The notes under the pieces: generated by a model
What the model saw: the letters and a program-made list of their open reading frames with translations, nothing else
Databases searched by the model: none
Told to the model about the DNA's origin: nothing
Made by a program: the position numbers and the translations under genes
Source: Mycolicibacterium smegmatis
GTDB taxonomy: Bacteria > Actinomycetota > Actinomycetes > Mycobacteriales > Mycobacteriaceae
Length of the DNA stretch: 32,000 nucleotides
NCBI RefSeq assembly: GCF_001457595.1
Contig: NZ_LN831039.1
Location: 2,250,001-2,282,000, forward strand
Direction: 5' to 3'
Part shown: piece by piece, positions 7,361-15,261 of the stretch
Layout of the letters: each line of letters begins with the position of its first letter
How positions within the stretch are numbered: the stretch's first letter is position 1

Positions 7361-8010
7361 CGCGGCTGCGCCAGCAGTGCGCCGCCCAGCCAGCGTCGCA
7401 GGAAGCGCCGCAACTCTTCTGGTGACCGCGTCTGCTGGTTGGGGGCGACGAAGAACGACAGCATGATGCGCAGGGTGAACTCGACGAGTTCGCGCTGGGC
7501 GGTCTCGTCGTAACCGTATGCCGCCCAGTCGACGTCGAAGCGCTTGAGCATCCGCATGCCGAAATCCTGTGCCTCGTCCGACGCCAGGCTGCCCGAGTGC
7601 GCGTGCAGGTACGGCTCCGACAGCAGGATCCCCAGATGCGGTGTGCGCGTGACCTCTTCGAGCGTGAACAGCACTCCGTCGGTCATCGCGTCGGCCGGAT
7701 CGGTGATGCCCCGCACGTGCGCGGCGAGACGGTCGAGGAAACTGTCGACGGAGGCGATCGCCGCGGCTTTCATGAGCGCGTCGGCGGTGGGGAAGTAGCG
7801 GTAAACGGTTTGGCGGATGACGCCGAGTGAGGCCGCGACGTCGGCGATGCTCACGTCGGACCCGGTCTCGGAGATGAGTTCGACCGCGGCCTCGACGATG
7901 CGTGCCGAGGCCTCTTCGTCGTCGGCGGGCGGGCGTCCGTCCCATCCACGTCTACGCGCCACTGCTGTCACCTGCTGCCGACGACATGCCAGCAGGATAT
8001 CGCCAGGCAC
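7357..8010 (-). CDS. TetR-family transcriptional regulator
   Basis: HTH region ARIVEAAVELISETGSDVSIADVAASLGVIRQTVYRYFPT. GTG start at 8010; the exact start is uncertain. It is divergent from the 8095 operon. Confidence 0.85.
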   Translation of the reverse strand: MPGDILLACRRQQVTAVARRRGWDGRPPADDEEASARIVEAAVELISETGSDVSIADVAASLGVIRQTVYRYFPTADALMKAAAIASVDSFLDRLAAHVRGITDPADAMTDGVLFTLEEVTRTPHLGILLSEPYLHAHSGSLASDEAQDFGMRMLKRFDVDWAAYGYDETAQRELVEFTLRIMLSFFVAPNQQTRSPEELRRFLRRWLGGALLAQPR

Positions 8011-8038
8011 TCGGCATTGACCTTTGTCGGGCTACAAG

Positions 8039-8072
8039 TAATCATACAGAGCAACTCAGATTTGTATGATTA
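8039..8072. promoter_or_regulatory. Perfect 10-bp inverted repeat TAATCATACA-N14-TGTATGATTA in the TetR/operon divergent spacer (candidate TetR operator)
   Basis: Read directly: 8039-8048 is the exact reverse complement of 8063-8072. The site is AT-rich within a GC-rich genome. It lies between the TetR start (8010) and the operon start (8095). Confidence 0.6.
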
Positions 8073-8094
8073 TTGAATCAGCGAGGTGTCATCG

Positions 8095-9033
8095 ATGACA
8101 GACCTGATCGTGCGGAAGATGCGGTTCGCCTTCGCCGACCACCACGTGCCCTTCCTGTGGAACGAGGCCAACCCGGCGTTCTCCAGCATGGCCAACGCCG
8201 TGTCGTTTCTGGCCATCGCGTTCGAGAAGATGATCGGCCACATGATCACCGAGGCCATGCCGCACATCACCGACCCCGAGATCGCTGAGGAGGCACAGGC
8301 TTTCGTGCGCCAGGAGGGCCAGCACTCGATGGCCCACCGTCAGCACGCCAAGGGTCTGATCAAGAGCTATCCCGCGCTCAAGGAGACCCTCGACGAGGTG
8401 GTCAAGGCGTTCGACGACCTCACCGCCAACACCCCGCTGAAGTACCGCCTGGCCTACACCGCCGACCTCGAGGCGACGTTCACCCCGGTGTTCAAGCTCA
8501 TGCTCGACCACGACGACACGCTCTTCGCGCCCGGCGACGACCGCGTGGCGTCGTTGTTTTTGTGGCACTTCGTCGAGGAGGTCGAGCACCGCAGCTCGGC
8601 GCTGATCATCTACGACGCCGTCGTCGACGACCCCTGGTACCGCATGCGCGTGGCCCCCTCGGTGTTCAAGCACGTCTGGGGTGTGTTGCGCCTGGCCTGC
8701 GAAGGGTTCAACAAACACGTCCCGGTGTCCGAACGCGGGGTGGACGCGATGTCGATGTTCGGCATGCAGGCCCGCAGGAAGAAGCTCATGCAGCGGCTGC
8801 CGTTCCTCGCCGCCCCCGACGACGGCCCGATCGCCAACGCGTTCGGCCATCTGCCCGTGCGCGACATGCTGGTGGCGCTCGTCGGCGTGGTACGCAGCCA
8901 GATCCCCGGGCACGATCCCGCGCACGAGAAGCTGCCCGCACTGGCCGACGAGTGGTTCGCCCGGTACGAGACGGGCTACGACGTCACCCAGTGGTACACC
9001 GCAGGCGAGAAGGCGGACGTGGCCAATGTCTGA
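8095..9033 (+). CDS. Predicted metal-dependent hydrolase family protein (PF10118-like) with a ferritin-like E...ExxH x2 motif pattern
   Basis: The ATG at 8095 is preferred over the GTG at 8086 because GCGAGG lies 8 nt upstream. Motifs by hand count from M at 8095: E44, E74-x-x-H77 (QEGQH), E126, E162-x-x-H165 (EEVEH). The family call is from recollection of sequence style, not a search. Confidence 0.7.
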   Translation: MTDLIVRKMRFAFADHHVPFLWNEANPAFSSMANAVSFLAIAFEKMIGHMITEAMPHITDPEIAEEAQAFVRQEGQHSMAHRQHAKGLIKSYPALKETLDEVVKAFDDLTANTPLKYRLAYTADLEATFTPVFKLMLDHDDTLFAPGDDRVASLFLWHFVEEVEHRSSALIIYDAVVDDPWYRMRVAPSVFKHVWGVLRLACEGFNKHVPVSERGVDAMSMFGMQARRKKLMQRLPFLAAPDDGPIANAFGHLPVRDMLVALVGVVRSQIPGHDPAHEKLPALADEWFARYETGYDVTQWYTAGEKADVANV

Positions 9034-10183
9034 CCTGTGTACCCCCACGTTCGCCGATCTCGCACAGCGGATGGGCTTCTCCTGTGACGACATCGGTGGC
9101 CTGGTCTCGTTCCGCAACCCGTTCGGTCTGGAGAACTGGACATTGCTCGCCCTCGAGATCCTCGTCATCACCGGTGCCGTACTGGCGCTGGTGTACGCGG
9201 TCAACCGCTATCGGCGACAAGGCGATCCGACCAACGTGGTTTTGTGGTTCGGCGCCATCGCCTACCTGCTGATCATCGAACCGCCGCTGTACTTTCCGGC
9301 CGCGTTCGGCATCGAAGAGCACGTCGACACCATGTTCGCGCACAACCTGTTCACGGTGGAGTTCCTGTGGGGACGTCTGCCGCTCTACATCGTCGCGATC
9401 TATCCCATGATGGCCACGGTGTCTTTCGAGATCGTGCGCAGGCTCGGGGTTTTCACGCGGTACGGATCATTCGTGGGTGCGCTGGCGGTCGGCTTCGTGC
9501 ACCACGCGTTCTACGAGATCTTCGACCACCTGGGCCCGCAGTTGCGGTGGTGGGAGTGGACGCTGGAGCACCCGCTCAACCAGCCGTTCTTCGACTCGGT
9601 GCCGCTGCCCAGCGTCGTGGTGTTCGCGGCGCTGTGGCCCACGTCGTTGGCGTTCTGCGTGCAGTTCTTCGTCGGTCGCCACGTCGATGGCGGTCGGTCG
9701 TTCACCGGCGGTCAGATCGCGCTGCGCACCGTGGTGGTCGGTGTGCTGGCCTCGGTGGGGACGTTCATCCTGCCGCTGCCCGCCACCGTCTCCGGTTCGC
9801 TTTCGGGCAGCACGGTCGTCGGCGGTGTCGTGTATGCGCTGGAACTGTTGGCGCTCAGCGTCGTCGCGGTCGCGGTGATGTTCGCGCAGTGGCGCCGCCT
9901 GCGGTCGCCGTCCCGGCCGCCGCTGGGGCCGGGCGGGGTGATCCTGGGCTACGCCGCGGTGTATCTGGCGGTGATGACCGTGCTGTGGCTGACCGCGCTG
10001 CCTGACTGGTTCGGTGCGGTCGGTGGCGTCACCGCCGACGGCGACCCCATCGGCAGTCTCTGGTACACCGTGCTGTGCCTGATGGTCGCCGCGCTGGCGC
10101 TTGCCGCGGCGGTGACGGTGCGGCCGGTGGCCTCCGCGACGGCCGAGGCGGCGGAGTCGACGCAGGCGCAGCCGCAGGCCTGA
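9026..10183 (+). CDS. Polytopic integral membrane protein, unknown function
   Basis: The ATG at 9026 overlaps the upstream stop (ATGTCTGA), implying translational coupling. The 385-aa product has many hydrophobic spans (LLALEILVITGAVLALVYAV, VVLWFGAIAYLLII, LPLYIVAIYPMMATV, and others). The track ORF opening at 8681 is an in-frame upstream extension inside the previous gene. Confidence 0.7.
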   Translation: MSDLCTPTFADLAQRMGFSCDDIGGLVSFRNPFGLENWTLLALEILVITGAVLALVYAVNRYRRQGDPTNVVLWFGAIAYLLIIEPPLYFPAAFGIEEHVDTMFAHNLFTVEFLWGRLPLYIVAIYPMMATVSFEIVRRLGVFTRYGSFVGALAVGFVHHAFYEIFDHLGPQLRWWEWTLEHPLNQPFFDSVPLPSVVVFAALWPTSLAFCVQFFVGRHVDGGRSFTGGQIALRTVVVGVLASVGTFILPLPATVSGSLSGSTVVGGVVYALELLALSVVAVAVMFAQWRRLRSPSRPPLGPGGVILGYAAVYLAVMTVLWLTALPDWFGAVGGVTADGDPIGSLWYTVLCLMVAALALAAAVTVRPVASATAEAAESTQAQPQA

Positions 10184-10214
10184 GATCGCCACACCCCGCG
10201 GGCAATGCGGCAGA

Positions 10215-11273
10215 ATGGCGCGAATGGCGACACCGCCGCAGCGTCCTGATCGGCCCGGTGGCCGGCCCGGCCCGCAGCCCGGCCGGCGTCCTGTGCCGCC
10301 CAGCCGGGGCTTTCCACCGCCCGACCCGGCCACCCGGCGCCTACCCCGGCCACCCCGCCCGACAGGGCCGGCCGGGCCCGATGGGCCCACCGAACAGCTG
10401 CGGGCACCGCGTCCGGAGCCTCCGACCGAACAGATGCGTGCGCGCCGCCCACCGCTCGACGCGGCCGCCACGGAGAAGATCACCCGGCCACGCCCGCCCG
10501 TCGCACAGGGCGGACCGCTGGGTGCGTCACCGCCTGCCGTCAAGCGGGCGTGGCTGCGCACCTGGCAGGCCGCGGTGCTGATCGCCGTCATCGTGGTGGC
10601 GCTGGTGGTCGGTGGGCTGGCCGGCGCCGAACTGTACGCGCGCCACCGCGCGGGCACGTTGCTCGTCGCGGTGGCCGAATGCGTCGTGGAGGACAACGCC
10701 ACGGTGTCCTTCGGGGTGAACCCACCGTTCCTGTGGCAGCACATCACCGGCCACTACACCAACATCTCGGTGCAAACCGCGGGCAGGCAGGTGCAGGCCG
10801 CCGAGGGCATGACTGCCGATGTCACGCTCAAGGACATCCGCCTGCAGGGCACCGCCGACTCCAAGGGCACCATCGGATCGCTGACGGCGACGCTGAGTTG
10901 GACCTCCGAGGGCATCAAGGACACTGTCGCGGCGAACCTGCCCGGCGTCGGAAGCCTCGTCACCGGCGTCAGCACCGACGCCGCGGCGGGCACCCTCACG
11001 CTGGAGGCGGCGGGCGACAACCGCGTCACCGCGCGGCCGGTCGTCACCGACGGCGACCTCACGTTGGAGGTCCTCGACGTCACCGGCCCGTTCTCCAAGG
11101 AGACGGTGCAGGACGCGCTGAACGGGTTGACCACCAAGCTCAACGAGAACTACCCGTTGGGCATCCACGCCGACAGCGTCGCGGTGACCGACACGGGTCT
11201 CGTCGGAAGGTTCTCCAGCCAGGACGCGTCTATACCCAATGACGAAGCCGATCCGTGTTTCGCGCGTCTGTGA
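10215..11273 (+). CDS. LmeA/DUF2993-like envelope protein: Pro/Arg-rich N-terminus, one TM helix, C-terminal DUF2993-like domain
   Basis: The N-terminal ~110 aa are P/R-rich with a repeated PTEQ[LM]RA[PR]RP segment. The TM segment is AAVLIAVIVVALVVGGLAGA. After it come ...VSFGVNPPFLWQHITGHYTNISVQT... and ...LTLEV... strands, in the style of DUF2993. Confidence 0.65.
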   Translation: MARMATPPQRPDRPGGRPGPQPGRRPVPPSRGFPPPDPATRRLPRPPRPTGPAGPDGPTEQLRAPRPEPPTEQMRARRPPLDAAATEKITRPRPPVAQGGPLGASPPAVKRAWLRTWQAAVLIAVIVVALVVGGLAGAELYARHRAGTLLVAVAECVVEDNATVSFGVNPPFLWQHITGHYTNISVQTAGRQVQAAEGMTADVTLKDIRLQGTADSKGTIGSLTATLSWTSEGIKDTVAANLPGVGSLVTGVSTDAAAGTLTLEAAGDNRVTARPVVTDGDLTLEVLDVTGPFSKETVQDALNGLTTKLNENYPLGIHADSVAVTDTGLVGRFSSQDASIPNDEADPCFARL

Positions 11274-11286
11274 GAAAGGTGAACCT

Positions 11287-11871
11287 GTGCATCTGAGGAC
11301 TGCTGGGAGAACGGCTGCAAAAACGGTGCTCGCTTCGGTTGCGCTCGCCGCACTGGCGGGTGTGGGCACCCCGCATGCCACGGCCGACGACCTGAGCCCG
11401 CTGGTTCCTCTCGTCGACGCTGCCGCGCAGCGCCTGCAGACCGCAGATCCGGTGGCGGCGTCCAAGTTCCGCTCGGGCGGCGCGATCGACGACCCGGACC
11501 GCGAACAACAGGTGATCGCCGCGGTCACCGGGGACGCCACCCGGCACAACATCGACCCCGGATACGTCCACGATGTCTTCCGCAATCAGATCGACGCCAC
11601 ATCGTCGGTGGAGCACACCCGCTTCGCGCAGTGGAAGCTCGACCCGGCCGCGGCACCGTCGTCGGCGCCCGACCTGTCCGAGTCGCGGCAGAAGATCGAC
11701 ACGCTCAACCGCACGATGGTCGACGAGATCGCCCGGCAGTGGCCGGTTCTGCACTCGCCCGTGTGCCGGCCCGACCTCGACAGGGCCCTCGACGCGGTGG
11801 CCACGGCACGTGGGTTCGATCCGGTGTACCGACACGCGCTCGAATACGCGACGCATTCGTACTGCCGATGA
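11287..11871 (+). CDS. Secreted (periplasmic-type, AroQ-gamma) chorismate mutase, homolog of M. tuberculosis Rv1885c
   Basis: The GTG at 11287 has GAAAGG upstream. The signal peptide ends AALAGVGTPHATA. The mature part LVPLVDAAAQRLQTADPVAASKF...IDPGYVHDVFRNQIDATSSVEHTRFAQWKLDPAAAPSSAPDLSESRQKID...ATHSYC aligns closely with my recollection of Rv1885c. Confidence 0.85.
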   Translation: MHLRTAGRTAAKTVLASVALAALAGVGTPHATADDLSPLVPLVDAAAQRLQTADPVAASKFRSGGAIDDPDREQQVIAAVTGDATRHNIDPGYVHDVFRNQIDATSSVEHTRFAQWKLDPAAAPSSAPDLSESRQKIDTLNRTMVDEIARQWPVLHSPVCRPDLDRALDAVATARGFDPVYRHALEYATHSYCR

Positions 11872-11884
11872 GGCTTTACATCCC

Positions 11885-11904
11885 CGTCAAGAATTGACGT
11901 TTCT
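11885..11904 (+). terminator. Hairpin CGTCAA-gaa-TTGACG followed by TTTCT, just after the chorismate mutase stop
   Basis: Read directly. The 6-bp stem plus T-tract lies 14 nt downstream of the TGA at 11869-11871. Confidence 0.45.
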
Positions 11905-11948
11905 GTAGGACGCCAGCGGGTATTCACAGGCCCAAGGAGGTGCCAGAA

Positions 11949-12533
11949 ATGCCCACATGGAGCTGGATAGCAATAGGTGTAGTCGTCGCCGTACTCGTGA
12001 TCTTGGCAGCGATCTGCCTGGTGTCGATGAACCGTCACAAACGAAGTGAAAGGTTGAGAAGTCACTTCGGACCCGAATACGACCGCACGGTGGACACCGC
12101 GGGGGACCGTAAGGCCGCCGAGAAGGAACTGCTCGGACGCCAGCGGGCGCACAAGAAGCTCGACATCGTCGAACTCACGCCCGAGGCTCGCGCACGTTAC
12201 TTCCAGGCGTGGACCGCCACGCAGGCCGAATTCGTCGACGACCCGGCCGGTGCGGTGCGTGACGCGGACCGGCTGGTCACCGATGTGATGCGCGAACGCG
12301 GTTATCCCATCGACGATTTCGAGCAGCGTGCGGCCGACATCTCGGTCGACCATCCGAAGGTCGTCGAGCACTATCGGGCCGCTCATGTGCTGCATCTGGC
12401 GCAGGAGCACGGTGAGATCGGCACCGAGGCGCAGCGCGAGGCGATCGTTCACTACCGTGCGCTGTTCGAACAACTTCTCGGTGTCCATCCCACCTCGAAC
12501 ATGCCCAACACGCCCGAGGAGACACGGTCATGA
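11949..12533 (+). CDS. Membrane-anchored hypothetical protein (N-terminal TM helix plus helical cytoplasmic domain)
   Basis: AAGGAGG lies 8 nt upstream of the ATG at 11949. The TM segment is WSWIAIGVVVAVLVILAAICLV. It is followed by ...FGPEYDRTV... and a W..Q..FVD.P...V..AD.LV helical domain. Confidence 0.7.
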   Translation: MPTWSWIAIGVVVAVLVILAAICLVSMNRHKRSERLRSHFGPEYDRTVDTAGDRKAAEKELLGRQRAHKKLDIVELTPEARARYFQAWTATQAEFVDDPAGAVRDADRLVTDVMRERGYPIDDFEQRAADISVDHPKVVEHYRAAHVLHLAQEHGEIGTEAQREAIVHYRALFEQLLGVHPTSNMPNTPEETRS

Positions 12534-13063
12534 CCGCCAACGACCAGCCCTCGGCCGCAGCGGCTGCCCCGCAGACCGGCTATCAGGCGACGGGCACCGA
12601 ACCCGTTGCGCCACAGCAACAACTGGCGCAGACACAGCCGATCCCGCCCATGGGCGCCGACGGCACCCAAGCGCCGGTTGAGATGAATCAGGGCGCGGCA
12701 GTGGGTCAGACTCAGACGAGCCAGACCGACACGAATCAGGGTGCGGCAGTGGGCCATACCGACGGGATGTATCCGAATACGGGTGAGCCCACCGACGGTG
12801 GGCTGTTCGCCGACGATGACCGCACCGGCCTGCGGGCGCGGTGGGACGCGCTGCAGGCGTCTTTCGTCGACAACCCCAAACAGTGTGTGCAAGAGGCCGA
12901 TGGCCTCGTGGAAGAGGTCGTTCAGCGCCTCACCGCGAGCTTCGCCCACGCCCGTTCACGGCTCGACGAGCAGTGGTCGCAGGGGCAGGATGCCTCGACC
13001 GAGGATCTCCGCATCGCCTTGCAGCGCTACCGGGACTTCTTTCAGCGACTGCTCACAGTCTGA
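12530..13063 (+). CDS. Hypothetical protein, paralog of the upstream gene's C-terminal domain, with a Q/T/A-rich disordered N-terminus
   Basis: ATGA start/stop overlap with the upstream gene. It shares RARWDALQASFVDNPKQCVQEADGLVEEV and ...YRDFFQRLL with YFQAWTATQAEFVDDPAGAVRDADRLVTDV and ...YRALFEQLL of the neighbour. Confidence 0.65.
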   Translation: MTANDQPSAAAAAPQTGYQATGTEPVAPQQQLAQTQPIPPMGADGTQAPVEMNQGAAVGQTQTSQTDTNQGAAVGHTDGMYPNTGEPTDGGLFADDDRTGLRARWDALQASFVDNPKQCVQEADGLVEEVVQRLTASFAHARSRLDEQWSQGQDASTEDLRIALQRYRDFFQRLLTV

Positions 13064-13423
13064 CCGGACAACGACTCCGCCGGACCGCGACTCAGTCGCG
13101 GTTCGGCGGAGTCGTAGATCACCAGGAACACCAGATCGTCGGTCCCGGTGTTGGTGAGGTTGTGCCGGGCATGCGCGGGAACCTTGACGAACGTGCCCGG
13201 TTTCACCTGCCATGTCTGTCCGTCGATCTGGACCTCGCCGCTACCGGTGAGGAAATAGAACGCGTGGTTGTAGGGATGGCTGTGCAGCGGAGATCCGCCG
13301 CCCGCCCCAAACGCGTGAGCTGGGCGTTGAACGCCGACGTGTAGTCGACGTCGGCCACGTTGTCACTCAACCAGAAGTCGCGGCCCAGATCGGTTTTGTG
13401 CCCCCGGTGGGCTTGTCGGTCAT
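13042..13423 (-). pseudogene. Cupin-domain gene disrupted by two -1 frameshifts
   Basis: Hand translation of the minus strand. The ATG at 13423 gives MTDKPTGG... and hits a stop after 18 codons. A second frame reads DLGRDFWLSDNVADVDYTSAFNAQLTR. A third frame reads GAGGGSPLHSHPYNHAFYFLTGSGEVQIDGQTWQVKPGTFVKVPAHARHNLTNTGTDDLVFLVIYDSAEP, which is a canonical cupin HxH...G...H core. Both frame changes sit at G/T homopolymer runs (about 13399-13411 and 13305-13311). Confidence 0.5.
13071..13115. terminator. 45-nt interrupted hairpin between convergent genes (putative bidirectional terminator)
   Basis: Read directly: ACGACTCCGCC-gga-CCGCGAC-tca-GTCGCGG-ttc-GGCGGAGTCGT. The outer 11-bp and inner 7-bp stems are both perfect. 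Confidence 0.55.
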
Positions 13424-13510
13424 GTGGATCTCCCTTCTACACGTGGATCCGTGTTGGGAAGTCTCGTCGCGACGGCCACCGGCGGCATTGCCGCTGACGG
13501 CAAACCAGGA

Positions 13511-13528
13511 CTACCGGCTGACCGGTAG
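13511..13528 (-). terminator. Hairpin CTACCGG-ctga-CCGGTAG immediately downstream of the PTS EIICB stop
   Basis: Read directly. The 7-bp perfect stem starts 6 nt after the stop codon (13534-13536) in the minus-strand sense. Confidence 0.45.
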
Positions 13529-13533
13529 GCAAC

Positions 13534-15117
13534 TCACAGGCTGTCGATGATGGCGTTCTTGAGCGCCTCGGAGTTGGTGCCGAACACCGCCTGGACACTG
13601 TTGCCGACCTCGAGGACGCCTGCGGCGCCGAGCGCGCGGAGCCGGTCGTGATCCACCTTTGTCTTGTCGGCGACCTCCATGCGCAACCGCGTGATGCACG
13701 CGTCGACGTTGACCAGGTTCTCCCGCCCCCCGAAGGCCGCGATGAGCTGCTCGGCCTCGCTGTCGGCGCGCTCGGGCGCCGCGACAGTACCGGCGGCGCC
13801 CGCCGCGCCGCCCGCGGTGACGGCCGTCGCCGACGTCTCGCCCTCGCCGAGGTTGGCCGCCTCCTCGGCGGCGAACTCCGACTCGGGCTCCCGGCCCGGG
13901 GTCCGCATGTTCCACTTGGTGATCGCGAACCGGAACATCAGGTAGTAGACGACGAAGAACACCACACCCATCGCGATCAGCAGCGGGATGTTCTTCGCGG
14001 CCGGCGCCGTGCCGTAGAGCAGCAGGTCGATCAGACCTGCCGAGAACGAGAAGCCCAGATGGATGTCGAGCAGGTAGGCGATCGCCAGCGACAACCCGGT
14101 GAGCACCGCGTGGATGACGTAGAGCGGGAATGCCACGAACATGAAGGCGAACTCGAGCGGTTCGGTCACGCCCGTGAGGAACGCGGTGAGCGCCGCGGCC
14201 GACAGGATGCCCACCGCGACCTTGCGCTGCCTTTTGTTGGCGACGTGGATCATCGCCAGCGCGGCGGCCGGCAACCCGAACATCAGGATCGGGTAGAAGC
14301 CTGACGTGAGGATGCCCGCGGTGGGATCGCCCGCGGCAAATCTGGTGAGCTCGCCGGTGACCACCTGGCCGTCCGCGGTCTGGTAGTCGCCGTAGATGAA
14401 CCAGACATACGAGTTGGGGATGTGGTGCAGGCCCAGGGGAATCAGCATGCGGTTGGCGAATCCGTAGACGAACGCGCCGAGCGCGCCTGCCCCGCCGATG
14501 AACCGGCCGAGCGCGGTCAGGCCTGCGTCGAAGATGGGGTAGAAGTAGCTCATCAGGAACGCCACGAACAGCGACGCCAGTGACACCACGATGGGGACGA
14601 ATCGTCTTCCGCCGAAAAAGCCCAGATACGACGGTAATTGGATGGTGTGGTACCGGTCGAACAACCATGCGGTGAGCAGGCCGACGACGATACCGGCGAA
14701 CACGCTGTAGTTGATCTGCGCCTGATCGCCTGCCTTGTCCACCTCACCGGCCAGCACGATCGGCGACATGGTCTTGAACACGGCCTCCACCACGAGATAG
14801 CCGACGACTGCCGCGAGCGCGGTCGATCCGTCGGCCTTGCGCGCGAATCCGATGGCGACACCCACCGCAAACAACAGGGGAAGATTGCTGAAAAGCGCGT
14901 CGCCCGCAGCGCTCATGGCCTTGAAGAACGGGCCGATGACCGGTGATTCGATGCGACCGAGCAGATCAGGCTGGCCTATGCGCAGCAGGATGCCCGCCGC
15001 GGGCAGCACCGCGATGGGCAGCATGAGGCTTTTGCCGAGGCGCTGCAGCTGTGCGAACCCTGGGATCCGCAGCCCTGATTTCCTCTGTGTTGCTTCAGGT
15101 TTCGCCGCGTTGCTCAT
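13534..15117 (-). CDS. PTS glucose/N-acetylglucosamine-family transporter, fused EIIC-EIIB
   Basis: The ATG at 15117 (MSNAAKPE...) is preferred to the track start at 15249. The EIIC body is polytopic ([22 protein letters not shown]...). The C-terminal EIIB has the phospho-cysteine motif [11 protein letters not shown]. Confidence 0.9.
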   Translation of the reverse strand: MSNAAKPEATQRKSGLRIPGFAQLQRLGKSLMLPIAVLPAAGILLRIGQPDLLGRIESPVIGPFFKAMSAAGDALFSNLPLLFAVGVAIGFARKADGSTALAAVVGYLVVEAVFKTMSPIVLAGEVDKAGDQAQINYSVFAGIVVGLLTAWLFDRYHTIQLPSYLGFFGGRRFVPIVVSLASLFVAFLMSYFYPIFDAGLTALGRFIGGAGALGAFVYGFANRMLIPLGLHHIPNSYVWFIYGDYQTADGQVVTGELTRFAAGDPTAGILTSGFYPILMFGLPAAALAMIHVANKRQRKVAVGILSAAALTAFLTGVTEPLEFAFMFVAFPLYVIHAVLTGLSLAIAYLLDIHLGFSFSAGLIDLLLYGTAPAAKNIPLLIAMGVVFFVVYYLMFRFAITKWNMRTPGREPESEFAAEEAANLGEGETSATAVTAGGAAGAAGTVAAPERADSEAEQLIAAFGGRENLVNVDACITRLRMEVADKTKVDHDRLRALGAAGVLEVGNSVQAVFGTNSEALKNAIIDSL

Positions 15118-15261
15118 CGCATCATCGCCCTTCCGGCCGCGTTGTGTGCGCTCACTGCTCAAACTCTGCCGAAGCTTAGACGAGAACGCGACTCGAAGAG
15201 TCGAACTCGAAACGTTGGGACGGCTCGTATGGTTGGAACACGAACGCAAAGGAGTCAGACC

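Noticed and set aside
8681-9025. Upstream part of the 500-aa track ORF 8681-10183
   Set aside because: This part lies out of frame inside the hydrolase gene and reads as Arg/Pro/Cys-rich nonsense. The ATG at 9026, overlapping the hydrolase stop, is the sensible start of the membrane protein.
8089-10747. Large minus-strand ORFs (8089-9204, 9467-10747) and plus-strand alternates (8562-9272, 9244-10005)
   Set aside because: They are shadow frames of the hydrolase and membrane-protein genes. Their composition is dominated by R/G/P/H runs with no recognisable motifs.
10527-12488. Minus-strand ORFs 10527-11585, 11230-11856 and 11586-12488
   Set aside because: They are antisense to the LmeA-like, chorismate mutase and paralog genes, which have recognisable signal/TM features and homolog-like sequence. 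The composition is shadow-like.
12841-13344. 167-aa plus-strand ORF and 85-aa minus ORF (12956-13213) over the cupin region
   Set aside because: Neither frame gives a recognisable protein. The minus-strand cupin core (HSHPYNH...VPAHARH) explains the region as a frameshifted pseudogene.
15118-15261. Search for a DasR/NagR dre-like operator (ACTGGTCTAGACCACT-like) in the nag divergent spacer
   Set aside because: No convincing match was found by eye, so I report only the small local repeats, at low confidence.
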